A DNA stretch of 64,000 bases from positions 1-64,000 of the forward strand of contig NIVC01000671.1 of the NCBI GenBank assembly GCA_002269645.1. The letters run 5' to 3'. The stretch comes from Macrostomum lignano. Lineage: Eukaryota. Position numbers and translations under genes: made by a program. The first letter of the stretch is position 1. The number at the start of each line of letters is the position of its first letter. Shown here in pieces: positions 22,401-32,534 of the stretch. Under the pieces are notes generated by a model. The model was not told the origin of the DNA. It saw only the letters and a program-made list of their open reading frames with translations, and searched no databases.

Positions 22401-25400
22401 CCAGCACAGCCTCTCACATGGAAGGTGACGCCGAAGCCGAACATGAGCACGAACAGAATGAACAGGAAGGGCAGGAAGTCCTTCTTCACCATGAGCGACA
22501 TCATCTTGAGCTTCGGGCCGAGGCTCTCCAGCACCACCGATATGTAGAGCAGGCGCACCCAGTACACCAGGCAGGTGGTGGTGAGCAGCACCAGCGACCA
22601 GTAGCGCTGGAACGGGTTGTGCACTGTGCTGTTGTGGATCCGCAGGGCGAAGGCGGTGAAGCCGCAGGTGATGGCGGTGATGTCGATGACGTTCCAGCCG
22701 TCCAAGAAGTAGTTCTTGATGGTCTCCTCCCTGGCGCTGGTGATCATCTCGTTGATCTCCTCGACCAGGAAGCCCAGCAGGGTCAGGTAGCAGATGATTT
22801 CCCCGACGGAGAAGGCGCGGCCCATCTGGAACATGACCACGAAGGACAGCAGCAGCACGAAGCTGATGTGCGCCGTCACGTGCATGCGGAACTTCACGCA
22901 GGGGATCTGGTAGAAACGCAGCAGCTCCGCCAGCGGGCTCAGCCGCGGCCTCGGCTGCTGCTCCTCCTCCGGCTGCTTTTGCTGCTTCCGGCCGCCCTGC
23001 AGCAGCGCCACGTCCTGCTCGCTGGAGCCTCCGGTGCGCTTCTCATGCGCCCGGCAGCGGCCGTCGGCGTTCCCGGATGACTCGCTGATGCTGCTGGGCC
23101 GCAGGCGCACGTAGTCGGGCTCGTGAGCGCGGAAGCGGGGCATCAGGAACAGCAACAGCGGGTACAGCAGCGGCACGAAGCCGCAGGCGATGGCCAGCTC
23201 GATCAGCGCTCCTTGGTGAGCATCCTTGCGGGCAAAGAAGAAGTCCGTGTACCACATCCGGTTCAGCGCCTCCTGCGGAAGGCGGGTTGGGGTGTCAAAT
23301 AGATGGGCTGAGTCTGCAGTCTGCACCCAGCTGAATCTGCAGGCTGCACCCAGCTGAATCTGCAGACTGCATCCAGCTGAATCTGCAGGCTGCACCCAGC
23401 TGAATCTGCAGGCTGCACCCAGCTGAATCTGCAGGCTGCACCCAGCTGAATCTGCAGACTGCATCCAGCTGAATCTGCAATCTACGAGTACAGTCTTCAT
23501 CCAGCTGGACTCCCAGCCTCCTCACCTGCACGATGTCGATGATGACGAAGCTGCTGGACTCGCCCTTGGCCGCCAGCTCCAAGATGCTGTAGCCGCCGAA
23601 GGTGTCGAGCGGCAGCATGACCAGCTCCATGGTCAGGCAGTTGTTCGGTGTCACGTCGACATCCTTGATGCTGCGGAGGGCCTGCATGGCGATGCCCTCG
23701 CAGGTGATGGCCATCTTGGTAGCCTTGTTGGCATAGACGTCCTCGATGTCGCGCCGGCGGCCGAGGCTGCGCAGGATTTTGGCCAGCAGCAGCGCCTGCG
23801 GAATGGTGTCGAAGTCCTCCTGGCGCAGGAAGTAGGGCGCCAGGCGCAGACGGCCGGTCAGCACGCACCAGACCGCCAGGGATTCCACCGGATCGCGCAT
23901 GGCCTTCAGGTGCGGCGGCTCCTGTCGGCCAGGCGTGGTGGCCGGGGTCTCCTCCGCCTCCGAGTCGTCCGCGCCGACCCACTGCAGCTGCCAGAACTGC
24001 GTGAGCTGCGCTACCAGGCGGTGCAGCTTCAGGCTGCTGACCCGGCCTTCATCATTAAGGCAGTTGCGGCACACCAGGCCCTTGATGCCGTCCTTGCGGC
24101 GCTCGCCCAGGCTTTGGTTGTACACCTGGTGGGAGCGGATGAGCAGTAGATTCAGAACTGCTCTTTCATGAAACACTCGTATCGCTCTTCATCTTGCTCT
24201 GATGCTTTGCATTTACAGACCCTGCCAGTGTCTGTGTGTCAGTGCTGTGTCAGTGTCTGCCAGTGTCTGCCGCCAGTGTCTGTCTGCCAGTGCTGTGTCA
24301 GTGTCTGCCAGTGTCTGTGCCAGTGTCTGCCAGTGTCTGCCAGTGTCTGTGTGTCAGTGCTGTGTTAGTGTCTGCCAGTGTCTGCCAGTGTCTGTGTCAG
24401 TGCTGTGTCAGTGTCTGCCAGTGTCTGCCAGTGTCTGTGTGTCAGTGCTGTGTCAGTGTCTGCCAGTGTCTGCCAGTGTCTGTGTGTCAGTGCTGTGTCA
24501 GTGTCTGCCAGTGTCTTCCAGTGTCTGCCAGTTTCTGCGCCAGTGTCTGCCAGTGTCTGCCAGTGTCTGCGCCAGTGTCTGCCAGTGTCTGCCAGTGTCT
24601 TGCCAGTGTCTGCCAGTGTCTGTCAGTGTCTGCCAGTTTCTGTTCCAGTGTCTGTGTGCCAGTGTCTGCCAGTGTCTGTGTGTTAGTGTCTGCCAGTGTC
24701 TGCCAGTGTCTTCCAGTGTCTGCCAGTTTCTGTTCCAGTGTCTGTGTGCCAGTGTCTGCCAGTGTCTGTGTGTTAGTGTCTGCCAGTGTCTGCCAGTGTC
24801 TTCCAGTGTCTGCCAGTTTCTGTTCCAGTGTCTGTGTGTCAGTGTCTGTGTGTCAGTGTCTGTGTGTCAGTGTCTGTGTGTCAGTGTCTGCCAGTGTCTG
24901 CCAGTGTCTTCCAGTGTCTGCCAGTTTCTGTTCCAGTGTCTGTGTGTCAGTGTCTGTGTGTCAGTGTCTGTGTGTCAGTGTCTGCCAGTGTCTGCCAGTG
25001 TCTTCCAGTGTCTGCCAGTTTCTGTTCCAGTGTCTTTGCCAGTGTCTGTGCCAGTGTCTGTGCCAGTGTCTGTGCCAGTGTCTGCCAGTGTCTTCCAGTG
25101 TCTGCCAGTTTCTGTTCCAGTGTCTGTGTGTCAGTGTCTGTGTGTCAGTGTCTGTGTGTCAGTGTCTGTGTGTCAGTGTCTGCCAGTGTCTGCCAGTGTC
25201 TTCCAGTGTCTGCCAGTTTCTGTGCCAGTGTCTGTGCTCATTCTCCCAGCACCTCAGCACTCACGTGAACAATCCTGTTCTCAAGGTGCACCACAACAGC
25301 GGACCACAGCATCCCGAGCTTCATCACCTCCTGCAGCAGCGCCTCATTCTGGGGCACGAAGATGTGCTTGAGAAAGTTGTCGGCGATCTTCCCGACCATG

Positions 25401-28400
25401 CCGCCGCTGATGATCTCGTCCGCCAGGCCGGTCATGCAGGCCTTCAGCACGATCTCAACGAACTCGTTGATGTCGAACTTCTCGCTGAAGCGGATGTGCG
25501 TGAGCAGCGTGTTGTTGGTGTTGTTGTCCAGCAGGTTCGTCTCCTCGTTGCACTCGTTGTGGCCGAAGTTGTGCTGGAACTCGTTGTCCACCGTGCGCAG
25601 CAGCCGGAGGAATTGCTGGCCCTGCCGCATCGCCAGCAGCTCCTTGATGCAGCTGCCACCGCTGCTGAGCACGGGGCTCACCATCCACTGGCCCATACCC
25701 TCCAGGATCGCCGTGTCCTGTGGGATGGCCCAGTTTTAATGCAAAACCTGCAATTCCCCACCTGCAGTTCCCCTCCTGCAGTTCCCCTCCTGCAGTTCTC
25801 CACCTGCAGTTCCCCACCTGCAGTTCCCCACCTGCAGCTCCCCACCTGCAGTTCCCCACCTGCAGTTCCCCTGCAGTTTTTCTCCTGCAGTTCCCCTCCT
25901 GCAGTTCCCCTCCTGCAGTTCCCCACCTGCAGTTTTTCTCCTGCAGTTTTTCTCCTGCAGTTCCCCTCCTGCAGTTCCCCTCCTGCAGTTCCCCTCCTGC
26001 AGTTCCCCTCCTGCAGTTCCCCACCTGCAGTTCCCCTCCTGCAGTTTTTCTCCTGCAGTTCCCCTCCTGCAGTTCCCCTCCTGCAGTTCCCCACCTGCAG
26101 TTCCCCTCCTGCAGTTTTTCTCCTGCAGTTCCCCTCCTGCAGTTCCCCTCCTGCAGTTCCCCACCTGCAGTTTTTCTCCTGCAGTTCCCCTCCTGCAGTT
26201 CCCCTCCTGCAGTTTTTCTCCTGCAGTTCCCCTCCTGCAGTTCCCCTCCTGCAGTTCCCCACCTGCAGTTCCCCTCCTGCAGTTTTTCTCCTGCAGTTCC
26301 CCTCCTGCAGTTCCCCTCCTGCAGTTCCCCACCTGCAGTTCCCCTCCTGCAGTTTTTCTCCTGCAGTTCCCCTCCTGCAGTTCCCCACCTGCAGTTCCCC
26401 TCCTGCAGTTCCCCTCCTGCAGTTTTTCTCCTGCAGTTCCCCACCTGCAGTTCCCCTCCTGCAGTTCCCCACCTGCAGTTCCCATCCTGCAGTTCCCCTC
26501 CTGCAGTTCCCCACCTGCAGTTCCCCTCCTGCAGTTCCCCTCCTGCAGTTCCCCACCTGCAGTTCCCCTCCTGCAGTTTTTCTCCTGCAGTTCCCCTCCT
26601 GCAGTTCCCCACCTGCAGTTCCCCTCCTGCAGTTTTTCTCCTGCAGTTCCCCTCCTGCAGTTCCCCTCCTGCAGTTTTTCTCCTGCAGTTCCCCACCTGC
26701 AGTTCCCCTCCTGCAGTTTTTCTCCTGCAGTTCCCCACCTGCAGTTCCCCTCCTGCAGTTTTTCTCCTGCAGTTCCCCTCCTGCAGTTCCCCTCCTGCAG
26801 TTTTTCTCCTGCAGTTCCCCACCTGCAGTTCCCCTCCTGCAGTTCCCCTCCTGCAGTTCCCCACCTGCAGTTCCCCTCCTGCAGTTCCCCTCCTGCAGTT
26901 CCCCTCCTGCAGTTCCCCACCTGCAGTTCCCCTCCTGCAGTTTTTCTCCTGCAGTTCCCCTCCTGCAGTTCCCCTCCTGCAGTTTTTCTCCTGCAGTTCC
27001 CCACCTGCAGTTCCCCTCCTGCAGTTCCCCACCTGCAGTTCCCCTCCTGCAGTTCCCCTCCTGCAGTTCCCCACCTGCAGTTCCCCTCCTGCAGTTCCCC
27101 TCCTGCAGTTTTTCTCCTGCAGTTCCCCTCCTGCAGTTCCCCTCCTGCAGTTTTTCTCCTGCAGTTCCCCACCTGCAGTTCCCCTCCTGCAGTTTTTCTC
27201 CTGCAGTTCCCCTCCTGCAGTTCCCCTCCTGCAGTTTTTCTCCTGCAGTTCCCCACCTGCAGTTCCCCTCCTGCAGTTCCCCTCCTGCAGTTCCCCACCT
27301 GCAGTTCCCCTCCTGCAGTTCCCCTCCTGCAGTTCCCCTCCTGCAGTTCTCCTGCAGTTCCCCACCTGCAGTTCCCCTCCTGCAGTTTTTCTCCTGCAGT
27401 TCCCCTCCTGCAGTTCCCCTCCTGCAGTTTTTCTCCTGCAGTTCCCCACCTGCAGTTCCCCTCCTGCAGTTCCCCACCTGCAGTTCCCCTCCTGCAGTTC
27501 CCCTCCTGCAGTTCCCCACCTGCAGTTCCCCACCTGCAGTTCCCCTCCTGCAGTTTTTCTCCTGCAGTTCCCCTCCTGCAGTTCCCCTCCTGCAGTTTTT
27601 CTCCTGCAGTTCCCCTCCTGCAGTTCCCCACCTGCAGTTCCCCACCTGCAGTTCCCCTCCTGCAGTTCCCCACCTGCAGTTCCCCACCTGCAGTTCCCCT
27701 CCTGCAGTTTTTCTCCTGCAGTTCCCCTCCTGCAGTTCCCCACCTGCAGTTCCCCACCTGCAGTTCCCCACCTGCAGTTCCCCAAGCAGGCCCAGCCCAG
27801 TGCGGCCCCACCTGCTTCGCCAGCACGATGTCAATGGGTGTTCGCTCCTGAATGTCGTAGAGGTCCAGCCGGGGGCCGGAGCGCAGCACGGTCAGGAACA
27901 GCTTGGAGTTGCCCAGGTTGGCGGCAATGTGCAGCGGCGTGAAGCCCCTGGCGCCGTGCCGATTGCACAGGTGCGGGTTGTGCGACAGCAGCAGCTGGGC
28001 GGCGCGCACGTTCTCCTCCAGGCAGGCCCGATGGATGGGCAGGTCGCCGTGCTGGTCGAAGGTGCCGCAGCTGGCGCCGTGGTCCAGCAGCAGGTGCAGG
28101 AACCGGTCATCTTTGCGGATCCTCACGGCTGCGTGCACGGTGGACTCGACCTTGTTGGCGCCGCCGTTGGCATTGGCGCCCTCCTCCAGCAGCAGCTGCA
28201 GCGCTTCCAGCGATTTTCGCGCCAACGCCAGGTCCAGTGCTGTCTCGCCATTCTTCGTCTGCGCTTCCAGCTCAGCCTGAAGGGTTCCAGGCGGAGACGG
28301 GAGTTCCAACTTTAACATCTGCTCAGTCACTAAGATGGCAGCAGCAGCACCTGACAAATCAGTCACTGGTCTATCACTGGTCAGTCACTGGTCAATCACT

Positions 28401-29728
28401 GCTCAGTCACTGCTCAGTCACTGGTCAATCACTGGTCAGTCACTGCTCAGTCACTGGTCAATCATTGCTCAGTCACTGGTCAATCACTGCTCAGTCACTG
28501 CTCAGTCACTGGTCAATCACTGGTCAGTCACTGCTCAGTCACTGGTCAATCACTGCTCAGTCACTGCTCAGTCACTGGTCAATCACTGGTCAATCACTAC
28601 TCAGTCACTGGTCAATCACTGCTCAGTCACTGGTCAATCACTGCTCAGTCACTGGTCAATCACTGCTCAGTCACTGGTCAATCACTGCTCAGTCACTGGT
28701 CAATCACTGCTCAGTCACTGGTCAATCACTGCTCAGTCACTGGTCAATCACTGGTCAGTCACTGCTCAGTCACTGGTCAATCACTGCTCAGTCACTGGTC
28801 AATCACTGCTCAGTCACTGGTCAGTCACTGCTCAGTCACTGGTCAATCACTGGTCAGTCACTGCTCAGTCACTGGTCAATCACTGCTCAGTCACTGGTCA
28901 ATCACTGCTCAGTCACTGGTCAATCACTGGTCAGTCACTGCTCAGTCACTGGTCAATCACTGCTCAGTCACTGGTCAATCACTGCTCAGTCACTGGTCAG
29001 TCACTGCTCAGTCACTGCTCAGTCACTGGTCAGTCACTGCTCAGTCACTGGTCAATCACTGCTCAGTCACTGGTCAATCACTGCTCAGTCACTGGTCAAT
29101 CACTGCTCAGTCACTGGTCAGTCACTGCTCAGTCACTGGTCAATCACTGCTCAGTCACTGGTCAATCACTGCTCAGTCACTGGTCAATCACTGGTCAATC
29201 ACTGCTCAGTCACTGGTCAATCACTGGTCAATCACTGCTCAGTCACTGGTCAATCACTGGTCAGTCACTGGTCAGTCACTGGTCAATCACTGCTCAGTCA
29301 CTGGTCAGTCACTGCTCAGTCACTGGTCAATCACTGCTCAGTCACTGGTCAATCACTGCTCAGTCACTGGTCAATCACTGCTCAGTCACTGGTCAATCAC
29401 TGGTCAGTCACTGCTCAGTCATTGCTCAGTCACTGGTCAGTCACTGCTCAGTCACTGGTCAGTCATTGCTCAGTCACTGCTCAGTCACTGCTCAGTCACT
29501 GCTCAGTCACTGCTCAGTCACTGGTCAATCACTAGACACAAGAACTGAGGGTCTCACGTGGCTGCTGATGAGGACGCTCAGCACATCGCAGCGGTTGTCG
29601 GCTGCCGCCTTGTGCAGGAGTCGCCAGCCCAGGCTGCTGTCCAGCTCCGAGTTCGGCGACACGCTGCCCGCTGCCAGCAGCTCGCGCAGCAGGGACGGAG
29701 ATTCGTAGGCGCGGGACAGGCTGCCCAT
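19491..29728 (-). CDS. TRP cation channel, TRPM-like core with N-terminal ankyrin repeats, ~1144 aa. Exons 29728-29558 (start tentative), 28276-27812, 25717-25265, 24125-23526, 23272-22418, 20988-20383, 19775-19491.
   Basis: Seven exons join in frame via GT-AG introns, all phase 0 (3435 nt). Ankyrin motifs: GWRLLHKAA, GETALDLA, VESTVHAA, GDLPIHRA, GFTPLHIA. MHR4-like linker: LAVWCVLTGRLRLAPYF...ALLLAKIL. S1-S6 region: GWNVID, LGPKLKM, FH|ALQYP, pore IVGEY, LLLNVIVAMFS. TRP box WQFEKF...LPPPFNIL, then a C-terminal coiled coil. Confidence 0.9.
19838..20340. repeat. 32-bp intronic minisatellite CAGGCACAGAATGTGCACCTGTTCTGGCTGTG
   Basis: ~15 tandem copies in the last TRP intron. Confidence 0.95.
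21098..21612. repeat. 10-bp intronic repeat CCCATTAG(A/C)A
   Basis: Tandem copies. Confidence 0.95.
21745..22403. repeat. 28-bp intronic minisatellite GCAGCACAGCTGGTCCCCAATGCCC(A/G)GT
   Basis: ~23 tandem copies, in the same intron as the 10-bp array. Confidence 0.96.
23290..23480. repeat. 23-bp intronic repeat GCACCCAGCTGAATCTGCAGGCT
   Basis: ~8 tandem copies. Confidence 0.92.
24222..25236. repeat. 10-bp intronic repeat CCAGTGTCTG with variants
   Basis: Tandem copies. Confidence 0.95.
25747..27783. repeat. 14-bp intronic satellite, three interspersed variants (minus strand CTGCAGGAGGGGAA / CTGCAGGTGGGGAA / CTGCAGGAGAAAAA), ~145 copies
   Basis: Fills the 2-kb TRP intron; source of the 700-1359 aa spurious ORFs. 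Confidence 0.97.
28358..29532. repeat. 11-bp intronic satellite CA(G/A)TCACTG(C/G)T
   Basis: ~105 tandem variant copies in the first TRP intron. Confidence 0.97.
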
Positions 29729-31339
29729 GCTGCCTGCGGCCGGCGGCCCTGGACTGGTGGAAGGAGCGGGCTGGACTGAGAAACCAGGAGAGACAGAGGG
29801 AGAGAGCGGAAAGGCTTGGGGCGCCCTGGACTGGCACCGGTCGCAGACTCGGTGAGGCTCAAATAGGCTTCTGGGCCAGGGAGGGAGGGCCGCCGCGCAC
29901 CATGCAGTAACTCCTACCCTGGCCTTTGAGCCTTTGACACTGACTTCTGAGCGGCTGCTGCGGCTGCGTGCAGGGGCAGCCCCGCCCCAGCCTCCGCCTG
30001 CCGGACGGGCCAATAGCGGTCGGGCCTTGCGAGTTGAACCGGGCAGCTCTGGGAGGAGGGGGGGCGCAGAGCAGAAATGCAGCGAGGCGCAGCAACTATT
30101 CTGTAGAAGAAAACACAGTTGGTTTTCTGTCTCTGATTCGCATTGAAGAATGGAGCGAGCACGAGTTTTACAGACCGAGTGTGCAGCAGAGGCTCCAACG
30201 GGCAGTGGGCAGGGAGAGGGTGGGGGCGAACAGCGACTGGACCGCTCAATGCAACTGACTGCATCAAGTCGGCCGCAACAAGTCCTGAGCTTGTCACAGA
30301 CGTATCAGCTTTCTAATCGGCCGCCCCTCTAATGTTGCTCTCATAATAAAATATTAAACTCGAAAGCCGGCCCTCCCCTGTTTGCCGAGTTGCTGTTCCA
30401 GACTGCACTTCGTTCTCTGAGAAGACTCAAAGGCAGACGGGGTACAGTGCTCACTGAGCTATTTTCACAATTGGGTGCTGCGCTAACCGCTGACAGCAGC
30501 CGGTTAGCTGCAGATAAAGCCTCACCTTTCAACGGCAGAGCAGAAAGAAGCCCGATAGCTCAGCTGCAGCCTGTGGCGCTGTGCAGCCGGAGCGGCTGTC
30601 CGCCCCGGCGCGAGCAGAAAAAGTACGCAGGCAGAGTTCACGGGGCCCCGGCCGTCAGCAGAATGAATGATTTACACACCCGCCCGCCAGTCAGCCAGAG
30701 AACTTCGGCGAAAAATTCGCACTACAGACAGGAAAGGAGGGGGGAGCAGAAGGCGCAGAAGTCAGTCAGTTTTCTTTGCATGCGAAATAGCGCAGCGGGG
30801 GATCGCTGCCAACTTTGCGCCCAGAATGCCGGCGCCCACTTTGCAGCCGTCACCAGACACTCATAAGAGCTGAAGTGGAACTTTCCACTATGGAAGCGAA
30901 GCAGTAAAAGGAGGCCCCACATGCTGCCGATAGCCCGGGCTCGCAATTGCAAAAAATGCAGAACAAAAACTCTGCTTTCGTGGATTCAGCCACACAGGCA
31001 GAAGAGGGACAGACGCAGACTTTCTGAGAACAAAAAAAGAGTGCGGGACTGGCGGCTCTGCAGGCTTGAGTCACTCGCGTGGCCTTACCCGACCCCCACC
31101 GGTAGATGCACGGAGTCGCAGGCGTGCAAGGCAGGCTGAGAAGGCCCCCGCAATTGGCGGGAGCTCAGGCTATTAAAACTGCACTGACCGCCCAGCAGAG
31201 CTGCCTCTGCAGGCCCTGCGCCAGGCCGGCCAACAGAGGCTTTCCGAGGGGAGATGGCGGGTGGCGGCCCGGGAACCCAGCACCGGGTTTTGCTTTACCT
31301 GGCCATTATCGCACGGCAAAGTACGGAGTTGGGGGGGGG

Positions 31340-31665
31340 GCAGCGGCTCAGTCTGAGGATCTGGGAGAGCAGTGGCTCAGTCTGAGGATCTGGGAGAGCA
31401 GTGGCTCAGTCTGAGGATCTGGGAGGGCAGTGGCTCAGTCTGAGGATCTGGGAGGGCAGTGGCTCAGTCTGAGGATCTGGGATGGCAATGGCTCAGTCTG
31501 AGGATCTGGTAGGGCAGCGGCTCAGTCTGAGGATCTGGTAGGGCAGCGGCTCAGTCTGAGGATCTGGGAGGGCGGCGGCACAGTCTGAGGATCTGGTAGG
31601 GCAGCGGCTCAGTCTGAGGATCTGGGAGGGCAGTGGCTCAGTCTGAGGATCTGCGAGGGCGGCGG
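31340..31665. repeat. 29-bp minisatellite GCAGTGGCTCAGTCTGAGGATCTGGGAGG
   Basis: ~11 tandem copies. Confidence 0.93.
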
Positions 31666-32314
31666 CACAATGCCTGATGGTCAGGGAGGCTGGCTTGGCC
31701 ACTGCAAGCCCCGCACCATCAAATGAAGCAGCCGGCAAGTCTTCACACTGCAGTTTCGCATAGCCCCGAACGGCCCGAAGCGGCAAAGCAGGTACGGCAG
31801 TTTATTTACACGGAACGAAGCCCTTGAGCCGGGCCAGAATAGGCAGAGCACAGAAGCAGAGCAGCTGATGGAGGCCAAGCAGCCAGCCGGCGCTAAGGTC
31901 AGCAAAAATATAGAATCATCTACTATGCAAAGGCGAGCAGAAAAGCCGCGCATTCTCTATACACTACTCTCAGTAACCACAAACGCAGTTAGCAGTGAAA
32001 ATGGAAAAAAACAGAAAAACAACGGCAGCAATCTGAGCTCGGGATTAAAAATTGCATAATTATTGGACACAAGCCGCAGGCGATGAAAACTACAAAGAGC
32101 TCGGAATCAGAAACAATCTGCTCAGCGAAACTTATTAATGAGCAGCGACACAACGGTAGAAAATACTTTAGCTGGCATCCCACAGAGCAGAGATAGCGCT
32201 GCGCCTACAGTGGAAATACAGCGATTATTTAATATGTACACTGTGATATGGGAGACAGCACGACCATGATGGAAGGCGAAGGTCAGATGGGCTTATTAGG
32301 TTCGATTATTTTTC

Positions 32315-32530
32315 AGCAGGGCGGAGTCAGCAGGGCGGAGTCAGCAGAGGCGGAGTCAGCAGGGCGGAGTCAGCAGGGCGGAGTCAGCAGGGCGGAGTCA
32401 GCAGGGCGGAGTCAGCAGGGCGGAGTCAGCAGGGCGGAGTCAGCAGGGCGGAGTCAGCAGGGCGGAGTCAGCAGGGCGGAGTCAGCAGGGCGGAGTCAGC
32501 AGGGCGGAGTCAGCAGGGCGGAGTCAGCAG
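32315..32530. repeat. 14-bp repeat GTCAGCAGGGCGGA immediately 3' of the LRP-like stop codon
   Basis: ~15 tandem copies. Confidence 0.93.
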
Positions 32531-32534
32531 GCTG

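Noticed and set aside
24236-28315. 1359-aa ORF and overlapping 718-876-aa ORFs
   Set aside because: Read-through of stop-free 10-bp and 14-bp intronic satellites. Only the ankyrin and MHR exon parts on the minus strand are real.
28237-29708. 432/457-aa QSL-repeat ORFs
   Set aside because: 11-bp intronic satellite.
1510-29728. SAMHD1 pair + fucosyltransferase + TRP as a coordinated defence cluster
   Set aside because: Adjacency only. No shared regulatory signal is visible, and neighbours (HYLS1, BTB, LRP) are functionally unrelated.
29860-31330. GC-rich short ORFs upstream of the TRP gene
   Set aside because: No recognisable domain or consistent exon chain; probably UTR or promoter. An extra 5' exon cannot be excluded.
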